Below are positions 30,048 through 37,054 of a stretch of DNA of 46,201 nt, piece after piece. Position numbers and translations under genes: made by a program. This DNA is from Minisyncoccia bacterium. GTDB taxonomy: Bacteria; Patescibacteriota; Minisyncoccia; Phycocordibacterales; UBA1550. Positions within the stretch are counted from its first letter, which is position 1, and every line of letters begins with the position of its first letter. The notes beneath the pieces are model-generated. The model had not been told where the DNA came from and ran no database searches. It saw only the letters and a list, made by a program, of their open reading frames with translations. The stretch spans positions 79,110 to 125,310 of the forward strand of contig JBAQCU010000020.1 in assembly GCA_049294435.1 (NCBI GenBank), read 5' to 3'.

Positions 30048-31175
30048 CTACGGCACCAAATACATCTGCTTGATAAAGTACTCTTCTGGTCCCGGACTTG
30101 CCGTGCATCCTTGCGATGGTTGAATCATCAAATCAGTAATAATGCCGTTCCAGTCCGCCAGCCCTGACATGCCGAGATTGTACACTCTTGCGGAGTCATA
30201 ATTGAATGTACCATTATGCCACGCATTGTCCGGCTTGCGATACCAAATTACCACTGGGTTCGTAACACATCTAAAGTCGAGAGCGAGCACTAAGTGCTTG
30301 AATACGTCGGCATTAAGCGTAATCTCGCGGCTACAAACTGCAGTTTCACCGCACGCCACATCTCCAAAGAAACTACCACGACCGACATATGGATTCACAG
30401 AACTGCTGTCTATCCATAGGTCGCTATTCGTAGCATTATAAGCATTCACAAACATTGCGCCCCACAATTCCTTGTTGTTGTTTTCAGCAAATGTATAGAA
30501 ATATGCATAGCCGAGAACGAACGGGAGAGGATTGTGGGTGTATTGCGGTACTTCAGGAATAGCGATGTCATCTGAATCTTCTACGCGACCTGTAGGATAC
30601 CATGGGTATGGGTCCGCATGCGGTTTATCTACTTGGAAGTGCAGGTGCGAGCCTGTGCTAGTGCCGTGACATGGATCCGAAAGCGCACCACCAGATTCGC
30701 CAATGGTTAACCCCTCAGCGACAGGAGCCCCAACGGCTGGCGCTGATACGCTACGGAGATGAGCATATCCAAGATAGGCCTTCTCTCCTGCTACATAAGG
30801 ACTATTAACTTCGATCACAACGAGCCCTCCCCATGTAGAGTCGCAAGTATCGCGACGCACCACGGTTCCAGATAGCGCAGCGAGCACGGGTGTTCCACTT
30901 ACAACTGCTATGTCCACACCCGGATGTTTACCGCATCGTTCCCCTGCACAACCAGATGTACGATTGTAGTTATCGCGATATAACGTTGTAAACATTTTGC
31001 GACCAGCAGTGCTGTCGCAGTTTGCCGTAGCACTATCGCAATCACCTCCTGTAGCAGGTGTCCCATAGTAAGTGCCATTGTAGTCTGGCATGTTTGCAAT
31101 CGGTTTAGTACCAGCTATTGCTGTTTGTCCAAAATTAGCAACGCACAACAAAACGACCATGAGTAACTTCTTCAT
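30048..31175 (-). CDS. Secreted M23 (LytM-type) metallopeptidase with an uncharacterised C-terminal domain
   Basis: Signal peptide MKKLLMVVLLCVANFGQTAIAG, HxxxD (HPGVD) and HxH (GSHLHFQV) motifs. The C-terminal ~180 aa are unassigned. Confidence 0.85.
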   Translation of the reverse strand: MKKLLMVVLLCVANFGQTAIAGTKPIANMPDYNGTYYGTPATGGDCDSATANCDSTAGRKMFTTLYRDNYNRTSGCAGERCGKHPGVDIAVVSGTPVLAALSGTVVRRDTCDSTWGGLVVIEVNSPYVAGEKAYLGYAHLRSVSAPAVGAPVAEGLTIGESGGALSDPCHGTSTGSHLHFQVDKPHADPYPWYPTGRVEDSDDIAIPEVPQYTHNPLPFVLGYAYFYTFAENNNKELWGAMFVNAYNATNSDLWIDSSSVNPYVGRGSFFGDVACGETAVCSREITLNADVFKHLVLALDFRCVTNPVVIWYRKPDNAWHNGTFNYDSARVYNLGMSGLADWNGIITDLMIQPSQGCTASPGPEEYFIKQMYLVP

Positions 31176-31205
31176 TTTCTACTCCTTTTTAAGTTTTGAG
31201 AAAGA

Positions 31206-31237
31206 ACAAAGTCGGTTGCTAACCAATCGACTTTTGT
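31206..31237 (-). terminator. Terminator downstream of the displaced prfA 3' end
   Basis: Minus strand reads acaaaagtcgattg gttag caaccgactttg ttctttctc. About 35 nt after the stop of the prfA remnant. Confidence 0.55.
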
Positions 31238-31271
31238 ATCATAGCACTATTATTTTTTTATTAACAACTTT

Positions 31272-31340
31272 TTACTCTCCATCCTCCGCATCTCCCACGG
31301 TACCCTTTGCGCAGGCTTCCAAGATGGGCTCAATGTTGCC
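31272..31340 (-). pseudogene. Displaced duplicate of the prfA 3' end (last 22 codons plus stop)
   Basis: Translates to GNIEPILEACAKGTVGDAEDGE*, versus GNIEPILEACAKGTVGDAQEGE* for functional prfA (32102-32170). 57 of 69 nt are identical by hand alignment, and the differences are mostly synonymous. Confidence 0.75.
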
Positions 31341-31344
31341 GACA

Positions 31345-31365
31345 CTTGGAAACCGGACATCCAAG
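31345..31365 (+). repeat. REP-like hairpin motif, copy 1 (flanks the transposase gene)
   Basis: cttgga aaccggaca tccaag. A variant of GGAAACCCGACGTCCAAG. Confidence 0.6.
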
Positions 31366-31368
31366 TAC

Positions 31369-32058
31369 CTACAATTCCTCTGCAAAGATATCGGTATTGT
31401 CTCGACTAGCAGCCCTTCTATTTAAAATATCATTCAAGGTTGAGAGCGCGAACTTTTTATATTCACGAATATTTTTGTACTGCTCCAAAATAATATCTTT
31501 ATTACAAAAATTACTTTCTGCTTCTCCTATGTATTCTCCCCAGCTCGTTCTGCTCTTTACCAACTTGGACGTCGGGTTTCCAAGTTGGTGGACACGGTCG
31601 TTTAAGTTCACATAAGCACTTGAATGAAGTAAGTATTCATTTGAATCTATATGAACAGCTTTGTACTTCCCTTGAAACAAAACTCCTGACCGCTTATGCT
31701 TTTCGTTAAAATATTTTGTATATCCTCCACCAAGTCTTTTCATAAACATACTCACTCCGTCATCAACAAGTTGCTCTAATATAAAATGATAATGATTTGG
31801 GTTAAGACAATATGCAACAAAGTTAACAAGTCTTTTCTCTTTTACTTTTTCAGATTTCGACTTCGACGTCGGGTTTCCAGGTTTTTGCTTTTTAAATGAA
31901 TTTTCAAAAATACTTCCTATTGGTTCAACAGTATTGAACTCCTCCATACTCTGCATAAAACGGTCAACATCACTTTCATCAGAAAAAACGGTTCGCTTGT
32001 CTGTCCCACGATTGTACACGTGATAGAACTCACCATTTGCAAAAGAAATATTTCTCAT
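31369..32058 (-). CDS. IS200/IS605-type Y1 (HUH) transposase, RAYT-like
   Basis: 229 aa from MRNISFANGEFYHVYNRG.., with the HUH motif NPNHYHFIL, YTKYFNEKHKRSGVLFQGKYK, and Tyr in SSAYVNLN. The ORF-track N-terminal extension runs through flanking repeat copy 4. Confidence 0.8.
   Translation of the reverse strand: MRNISFANGEFYHVYNRGTDKRTVFSDESDVDRFMQSMEEFNTVEPIGSIFENSFKKQKPGNPTSKSKSEKVKEKRLVNFVAYCLNPNHYHFILEQLVDDGVSMFMKRLGGGYTKYFNEKHKRSGVLFQGKYKAVHIDSNEYLLHSSAYVNLNDRVHQLGNPTSKLVKSRTSWGEYIGEAESNFCNKDIILEQYKNIREYKKFALSTLNDILNRRAASRDNTDIFAEEL
31560..31588 (-). repeat. REP-like motif, copy 2 (inside the transposase CDS, 10 bp stem)
   Basis: ccaacttgga cgtcgggtt tccaagttgg. Encodes ..LGNPTSKL.. 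Confidence 0.6.
31864..31881 (-). repeat. REP-like motif, copy 3 (inside the transposase CDS)
   Basis: cgacgtcgggtttccagg. Encodes ..PGNPTSK.. Confidence 0.55.
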
Positions 32059-32077
32059 GTGCCTTCTATTGTACCAT

Positions 32078-32097
32078 TTGGAAACCCGACGTCCAAG
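32078..32097 (+). repeat. REP-like hairpin motif, copy 4 (5 nt after the prfA stop)
   Basis: ttgga aacccgacg tccaa g. Confidence 0.6.
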
Positions 32098-32101
32098 TAG
32101 A

Positions 32102-33070
32102 TTATTCACCTTCCTGCGCATCGCCCACTGTCCCCTTTGCACAGGCTTCTAGGATTGGCTCAATATTGCCGAGGAAAATCTTTTCAATATTGCTCCACGA
32201 CTGTTTGATGCGGTGGTCGGTGATGCGGTCTTGAAGAATGTTGTAGGTGCGGATTTTCTCCGAGCGGTCGCCGGTACCAATCTGACCTTTGCGGTCTGCG
32301 GACACATCACTCTCCTTTTTTGCGCGATCAATGTCCTCGAGTCGCGCCATAAGCATCGACATTGCCTTCTCGCGGTTCTTTACTTGGCTTCGCTCGCTTG
32401 TGCAACGCACCGCGAGGCCTGTTGGTTTGTGAATGATACGCACGGCAGTTTCCACTTTGTTCACGTTCTGGCCACCCGCACCACCAGAGCGAGAGAACTC
32501 CATCTCGAGGTCTGCAGGATTAATAGTGAAAGTTGTTACTGGATAAATAGGAAGCACCACTACTGAAGCAGTGGAAGTATGCACACGTCCCATTTTTTCT
32601 GTTGCGGGAATGCGCTGTACACGGTGCACGCCAGTCTCCCAGCGGAGCATGTCGTATGCATCTTTGCTTTTTATTTCAAACGATGCTTCTTTGTAGCCAC
32701 CCATTTCACTCTGATGCTCATCAAGCTTTTTAAATTCCCATCCTTTTTTTTCAGCAAAGCGTTCGTACATCATCGCGAGATCCTGTGCAAAAATTGCCGC
32801 CTCTTCTCCCCCCGCACCAGCACGCACTTCTAAAATAATCTCCTTTGGCCTAACCTCCTCCTCCTTATCACCATCAATAATCTCTGTCATCTGTTTTTCA
32901 AGTGCATCAATCTGCGAACGAAGAGTTGCGAGCTCACTCGCGCCCATCTCGGCGAATTCTCCGTCTGCCGATATCATTCCCTCCACCTCCGCCTCAGCAG
33001 TCAAAAGACGCTCGTACTCATCTGCGAGATATTTTGTTTTTTGATTTGATTTGAATGTTTCAATGTCCAT
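32102..33070 (-). CDS. prfA: Peptide chain release factor 1
   Basis: 322 aa with the PAT tripeptide (RIPATEKMGRVHTS) and the GGQ motif (SGGAGGQNVNKVETAVR). Confidence 0.95.
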   Translation of the reverse strand: MDIETFKSNQKTKYLADEYERLLTAEAEVEGMISADGEFAEMGASELATLRSQIDALEKQMTEIIDGDKEEEVRPKEIILEVRAGAGGEEAAIFAQDLAMMYERFAEKKGWEFKKLDEHQSEMGGYKEASFEIKSKDAYDMLRWETGVHRVQRIPATEKMGRVHTSTASVVVLPIYPVTTFTINPADLEMEFSRSGGAGGQNVNKVETAVRIIHKPTGLAVRCTSERSQVKNREKAMSMLMARLEDIDRAKKESDVSADRKGQIGTGDRSEKIRTYNILQDRITDHRIKQSWSNIEKIFLGNIEPILEACAKGTVGDAQEGE

Positions 33071-33095
33071 AAAAGTATTTTAGCATGCAATAGAA

Positions 33096-33128
33096 AAGCT
33101 CACACAGAAATAGATTCTGTGTGAGCTT
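33096..33128 (-). terminator. Hairpin downstream of rpmE
   Basis: aagctcacacagaa atag a ttctgtgtgagctt (14 bp stem). Confidence 0.6.
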
Positions 33129-33135
33129 AACTTCG

Positions 33136-33357
33136 TTACTTCTTCTTTGTGGGAGCCGTAGCAGCTACGCGCTTCTTGAAACGCTCTACGCGTCCACCTT
33201 GATCAAGGACTTTTTCCTCACCTGTAAAGAACGGGTGGCATGAACTGCAGATTTCTACGTCAATTTTTGGCATCGTTGAACCAACGACGAATTTTTCGCC
33301 ACATGAGCAGGTAACTGCTGATTCCTGATGATATGTTGGGTGAATTTCTTTCTTCAT
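33136..33357 (-). CDS. rpmE: 50S ribosomal protein L31
   Basis: [10 protein letters not shown]...CSCG...[10 protein letters not shown], 73 aa. Confidence 0.95.
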   Translation of the reverse strand: MKKEIHPTYHQESAVTCSCGEKFVVGSTMPKIDVEICSSCHPFFTGEEKVLDQGGRVERFKKRVAATAPTKKK

Positions 33358-33395
33358 AATGGATGAACTTTACCAGATGAGCCAGCTTTTTGCAA

Positions 33396-33537
33396 GCCCC
33401 TACACCTATCACTGCATTATTCTGCTTTTGCCCTATTTTTCTGCGTACCAAAATATATATTTTCAAAACAACTTCAACATTCAACATTAGTCATATCGGC
33501 AGAACAAATGCGATGCAGGGATAGGTGTAGGGGCAAG
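33396..33537. repeat. Inverted-repeat element, copy E (diverged, upstream of rpmE)
   Basis: Arms gcccctacacctatcactgcat (33396-33417) / atgcagggataggtgtaggggcaag (33513-33537), with an AT-rich spacer of about 95 nt. Confidence 0.55.
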
Positions 33538-33549
33538 AGATAGGTTCCT

Positions 33550-33635
33550 GTATACCCCCACACCTACTTTTTGTGCCAGAACATTGTATTTTTACCGCTC
33601 ATATAAATATGCAAAAAGTAGGTGTGGGGGTATAC
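33550..33635. repeat. Start-codon-proximal inverted-repeat element, copy D (upstream of the nuclease gene)
   Basis: Perfect 23 bp arms gtatacccccacacctacttttt / aaaaagtaggtgtgggggtatac, 40 nt spacer. The proximal arm ends 8 nt before ATG 33644. Confidence 0.8.
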
Positions 33636-33643
33636 TAAATGAT

Positions 33644-34219
33644 ATGCAAAAGTGGCTAATCACTGGACTTATTGTGGTATTTTTAGCGCTTGCGGTGCAG
33701 GATGGGTTTTTAAGCATGATTGACGATGATACAGCCCCGCTTCTTACGAGGTCGGACCTCGTAAGAAGCGGGGCTGTCAAACAGCTAGCCTCACTATCAA
33801 ATCCTACTCTGCCTATCGTGATCCGCGTAATAGATGGCGACACTATTATAGTTCTCGTAAATGGTGCACAAGAAAAAATACGTCTAATAGGTGTAGACAC
33901 ACCAGAAACTGTTGACCCGCGAGGGTCAGTGCAGTGCTTCGGCGAGGAAGCAAGCGAATTCACAAGGTCAATACTTGTAAACCAAGTTGTTCGCCTAGAG
34001 TCTGATGCTTCGCAGGATGACCGCGATAAATATGGACGACTTCTACGTTATGTATTTCTTGGAGATACTTTGATAAACAAAGAACTTATATCTCTAGGTT
34101 ATGGGCACGAATACACTTATCGTCGAGTATACAAGTACCAAAAAGAGTTTAAAGATGCCGAGATGAGCGCGCGTAATTCACAAGAAGGTCTGTGGTCTGA
34201 GTCGGCTTGCAAGGATTGA
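33644..34219 (+). CDS. Membrane-anchored staphylococcal-nuclease-like (SNase/thermonuclease) protein
   Basis: MQKWLITGLIVVFLALAV (TM), then IRVIDGDTIIV...IRLIGVDTPE...RDKYGRLLRYVF. I prefer ATG 33644, because the TTG-extended ORF is made of repeat D. Confidence 0.85.
   Translation: MQKWLITGLIVVFLALAVQDGFLSMIDDDTAPLLTRSDLVRSGAVKQLASLSNPTLPIVIRVIDGDTIIVLVNGAQEKIRLIGVDTPETVDPRGSVQCFGEEASEFTRSILVNQVVRLESDASQDDRDKYGRLLRYVFLGDTLINKELISLGYGHEYTYRRVYKYQKEFKDAEMSARNSQEGLWSESACKD
33731..33777. repeat. 47 bp palindrome (23 bp perfect arms) inside the nuclease CDS
   Basis: acagccccgcttcttacgaggtc g gacctcgtaagaagcggggctgt. Encodes TAPLLTRSDLVRSGAV in the linker between the TM helix and the nuclease domain. 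Confidence 0.9.
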
Positions 34220-34292
34220 CCTCATTGTGATAATTTGGTATAATATAAATTGCAATAGAAGTTAGTATTTACACCTGATACAATATACATAT

Positions 34293-34493
34293 ATGGAAAA
34301 ATTCTCACCGCAAAACAATGATACGGGTAAACACGAAGCATTTAAAAGTGTTGACCTTGACGAAATAATGAAAGACGTTGATGACGACTTTAAATCTGGG
34401 AAACTAACTCGTGAACAAAAAGAGTTTGTTGAGCCCGCAGATATATCTGACCCAAGTCTTGATAGGATAGACGCACGAAGTAAGGGGCACTAA
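34293..34493 (+). CDS. Small acidic hypothetical protein
   Basis: 66 aa ORF with no convincing SD and no recognisable family. Confidence 0.4.
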   Translation: MEKFSPQNNDTGKHEAFKSVDLDEIMKDVDDDFKSGKLTREQKEFVEPADISDPSLDRIDARSKGH

Positions 34494-34634
34494 TCATGGC
34501 AACAAAAATAATTGGTTTAAAATCAGTTATTTTTGCTACATGGTTTTCTTTTTGGTAAAGTACCCATACACTTAATTTATTATAAATTAAGGCACCACGA
34601 TTTATAGTCAATCGTATAACAATCATACAAATCG

Positions 34635-34721
34635 GGAGGATTCGCATAGCGGTCTAGTGCACCACCTTGGAAAGGTGGCAACGGGGCAACTCGTTCGAGG
34701 GTTCAAATCCCTCATCCTCCG
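34635..34721 (+). tRNA. tRNA-Ser (anticodon GGA), no encoded CCA
   Basis: GGAGGAT TC GCA TAGCGGTCTAG TGC A CCACC TTGGAAA GGTGG, long variable arm CAACGGGGCAACTCGTTC, GAGGG TTCAAAT CCCTC ATCCTCC G. Confidence 0.93.
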
Positions 34722-34722
34722 C

Positions 34723-34769
34723 ATTAAAACGAAAGGCGTAGCCCGGAGGGCTACGCCTTTCGTTTTAAT
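34723..34769. terminator. Bidirectional terminator (22 bp stem)
   Basis: attaaaacgaaaggcgtagccc gga gggctacgcctttcgttttaat. Confidence 0.8.
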
Positions 34770-34771
34770 TG

Positions 34772-35161
34772 CTACCTCCCTATCTTTTCCCGAATTCGCG
34801 TAATTACTTCATCAATTCTAATATCTGTTTTTACAAAGTATTCAAACACATCTTCTTCTACTGCCTTCGACACATCCTCATTGTCACTCAAGTTGGTAAG
34901 AACAATTACGGGCACTTTTCTTCCCCAGTCGTCTTCGCGGAGTTTTTTTAACATCTCAAGCCCATCCATTTTTGGCATAAGAATGTCAAGTAAAATCAAA
35001 TCTGGGTGCTCTTTAAGAGACATCTCTAAACCTTCTATTCCATTTTTTGCTTCAATGATTTTATACCCTTCTACGGTAAGCACATCTCTTAGCACCATCT
35101 GAAGTGGCTCCTCATCTTCAACTACGAGAATAATTTTCTTTTGACCTGTCATATTTGACAT
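34772..35161 (-). CDS. Stand-alone response regulator receiver domain (CheY-like)
   Basis: KIILVVEDEE...DLILLDILMPKMDG...VIVLTN. 129 aa, no output domain, and no kinase in the window. Confidence 0.85.
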   Translation of the reverse strand: MSNMTGQKKIILVVEDEEPLQMVLRDVLTVEGYKIIEAKNGIEGLEMSLKEHPDLILLDILMPKMDGLEMLKKLREDDWGRKVPVIVLTNLSDNEDVSKAVEEDVFEYFVKTDIRIDEVITRIREKIGR

Positions 35162-35192
35162 TATACACCTGTTGCAAATAAAAGCGACTCAA

Positions 35193-36089
35193 CTATCGTT
35201 CCATTCCTCGGAGAACCGCGATACGTTCAGATGCTTCCGGGTGTGTGGCAAAAAGTTTACTCATAAACGAGACTGCCTTACCGTTTTTGAGCGGGTTTGA
35301 TATATACAGATGAGCTGTGGCGGTGCTCACTCGCTGAAGTCCTGTTGGATATGCGGATATTTTTTCTAGAGCAGATGCGAGCCCTTCTGGGTAGCGTGTA
35401 AGGAGCGCGCCAGATGCATCCGCGAGAAATTCACGTTTGCGAGAAATAGCAAGTTTGATAAGTTGAGCAACGATTGGGGTTAGGATTGCGAATACTATCC
35501 CAATTATCATAAGTATCAACCCAAGACGACCATCACGATTATTATTATTACCACCATAGAATGACATTCTTAAAAAAATGTCGGAAATAATTGCAATAAA
35601 ACCAACAAGTACTACAACCACAGTACCAATCAAAGTATCCCTGTTTCCTATATGCGAAAGCTCGTGCGCTATTACTCCTTCAAGTTCAGTTTTGTTTAAA
35701 ATCGCGAGAAGCCCTGTTGTTGCCGCGACTGCCGCATGATCCTTGTCGCGCCCTGTTGCGAATGCGTTTGGGGATGGGTCATCAATGACATACACCTTTG
35801 GCATCGGAAGCCCTGCGGTGATTGAGAGATTTTCAACAGCATTCCACAAATCAAAATACTCCTCACGCTTGGCAGGTTTTGCCCCTGACATTTTAATCAC
35901 CAGTGAATCCGAATACCAATAACTCCAGATGTTCATGCCGACACTGAAAATGACACCGAAATAAAGTATCGTTGGATTATTTTGAATATAACTAAACAAC
36001 CACGCGATACCGATAACCACCACGAAAAAAATGGTCATTAAAAACCAAGTCTTTCGTACATTTTTATCTTGGTGGGTATATAAAGTCAT
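35193..36089 (-). CDS. htpX: HtpX-type M48 membrane zinc protease
   Basis: HELSHIGNRD (HExxH) plus TM helices. I prefer ATG 36089 (MTLYTHQDKNVRKTW..), because the longer ORF would overlap hicA. Confidence 0.9.
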   Translation of the reverse strand: MTLYTHQDKNVRKTWFLMTIFFVVVIGIAWLFSYIQNNPTILYFGVIFSVGMNIWSYWYSDSLVIKMSGAKPAKREEYFDLWNAVENLSITAGLPMPKVYVIDDPSPNAFATGRDKDHAAVAATTGLLAILNKTELEGVIAHELSHIGNRDTLIGTVVVVLVGFIAIISDIFLRMSFYGGNNNNRDGRLGLILMIIGIVFAILTPIVAQLIKLAISRKREFLADASGALLTRYPEGLASALEKISAYPTGLQRVSTATAHLYISNPLKNGKAVSFMSKLFATHPEASERIAVLRGMER

Positions 36090-36111
36090 TTTGAATTTTG
36101 AATAACAATTA

Positions 36112-36318
36112 TTAGTTCTTTCCAAAACTTTCTATAGCAAGGTAGATTTGCTTTACTATTTTAGGATGCAAAATTGCACTGCCGTGAATCGGTAAAGTAA
36201 TCCTTATACCTTCACGGTAATACTGCGCGTGGCTACCTGCTTGCCTTCCAAACACAAAACCTTTACCCTCAATGAGGTCGACGGCCTCCTTCGCACTTAG
36301 TCTTGGAGATTTAGGCAT
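36112..36318 (-). CDS. hicA: HicA-family mRNA interferase toxin
   Basis: 68 aa: MPKSPRLSAKEAVDLIEGKGFVFGRQAGSHAQYY.. Typical HicA/YcfA. Confidence 0.8.
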   Translation of the reverse strand: MPKSPRLSAKEAVDLIEGKGFVFGRQAGSHAQYYREGIRITLPIHGSAILHPKIVKQIYLAIESFGKN

Positions 36319-36321
36319 GTG

Positions 36322-36549
36322 CTAGGAAGAAAGAGTCAGAGACGATATTGTGAGAGAAACGGAGTCTCTTAAATCAACACGCTCTCCACGAGACTTAATG
36401 TCATCAAGTGTCATTTTTAAAACATCTTTTAGATTTTCACGCACATTCTCTTCTGTGTCACCTTGCGCATAAACCCCCTGGATGAACGGGCACTCAGCAT
36501 AATATCCATCCTCTGTCTTTTCAATAATAATTGGATATGTATTTGTCAT
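36322..36549 (-). CDS. hicB: HicB-family antitoxin
   Basis: 75 aa from MTNTYPIIIEKTEDGYYAECPFIQGVYAQGDTEENVRENLKDVL. Its stop is 3 nt before the hicA start. Confidence 0.75.
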   Translation of the reverse strand: MTNTYPIIIEKTEDGYYAECPFIQGVYAQGDTEENVRENLKDVLKMTLDDIKSRGERVDLRDSVSLTISSLTLSS

Positions 36550-36584
36550 ACCGAAACTATACCACATACGCTGACCTGTGCAAG

Positions 36585-36632
36585 CCATGTTTTGCACACA
36601 TTTTTATCTTGGTGGGTGTATAGGGTTGCCAT
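36585..36632 (-). pseudogene. Fossil copy B of the htpX 5' end (16 codons)
   Basis: ATGGCAACCCTATACACCCACCAAGATAAAAATGTGTGCAAAACATGG = MATLYTHQDKNVCKTW. It then diverges, and the frame stops 8 nt before hicB. Confidence 0.7.
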
Positions 36633-36639
36633 AAAATAT

Positions 36640-37002
36640 TTAAAAATTCGAAGAAATAAGGGACCCCATCATACCAAATAGCGCCAAGATCACCAAAGAA
36701 AAAAGGATCCATGCTGCGATTTTGAAAGGGGTGCGCATTCCTGGGATATCGTTCCCCTGAGCAGAATCGGGGCTCACTGCTGGCAATGTATTTTTTTTAC
36801 TTACTACCAAAAAATATGCAAAATTTAACAAAGAAACTAACATCACTCCTGTCCCCAGAAATGTGAGTACTTGTATAACATACTGAAGGTTGTGCCAATT
36901 ACCGCGAACAAGCAATCCTTGACCCAATATTAACAAGGCACCCGCTATTTTAAAGTCGCGTATGAGTACCCTCCTTTTTTCCTTAAAGATATCTGGGTTC
37001 AT
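36640..37002 (-). CDS. Hypothetical membrane protein (cassette between htpX 5' copies C and B)
   Basis: 120 aa from MNPDIFKEKRRV.., with 3-4 TM helices. The start is uncertain, since a TTG at 37050 is also possible. Confidence 0.5.
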   Translation of the reverse strand: MNPDIFKEKRRVLIRDFKIAGALLILGQGLLVRGNWHNLQYVIQVLTFLGTGVMLVSLLNFAYFLVVSKKNTLPAVSPDSAQGNDIPGMRTPFKIAAWILFSLVILALFGMMGSLISSNF

Positions 37003-37054
37003 GTTTTTAGAGGGGCCACCTTTGAGTGTGCGATTAGTTAGATAGACCAACCCT

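Larger units (their letters stand above)
31341..32170 (-). mobile_element. Inserted segment: replacement prfA 3' end, hairpin, Y1 transposase, hairpin
   Basis: Bounded by the two diverged copies of the prfA 3' end. Similarity to prfA stops exactly at Gly codon 31338-31340. Confidence 0.45.

Noticed and set aside
31341-32170. Complete IS200/IS605 element with tnpB, or a prophage or integrative element with an integrase
   Set aside because: Only the Y1 transposase gene is present. The window contains no tnpB-like ORF, no integrase or recombinase, and no phage structural genes.
36090-36125. N-terminal extensions of track ORFs (htpX to 36125, hicB to 36597, transposase to 32142, nuclease from 33584, C39-like to 23096, secG from 39292, 26700 gene to 27152)
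   Set aside because: The extensions use TTG or GTG starts or run through repeats, hairpins, terminators or neighbouring genes. Internal ATGs give N-termini that match the protein families and leave the repeats intergenic.
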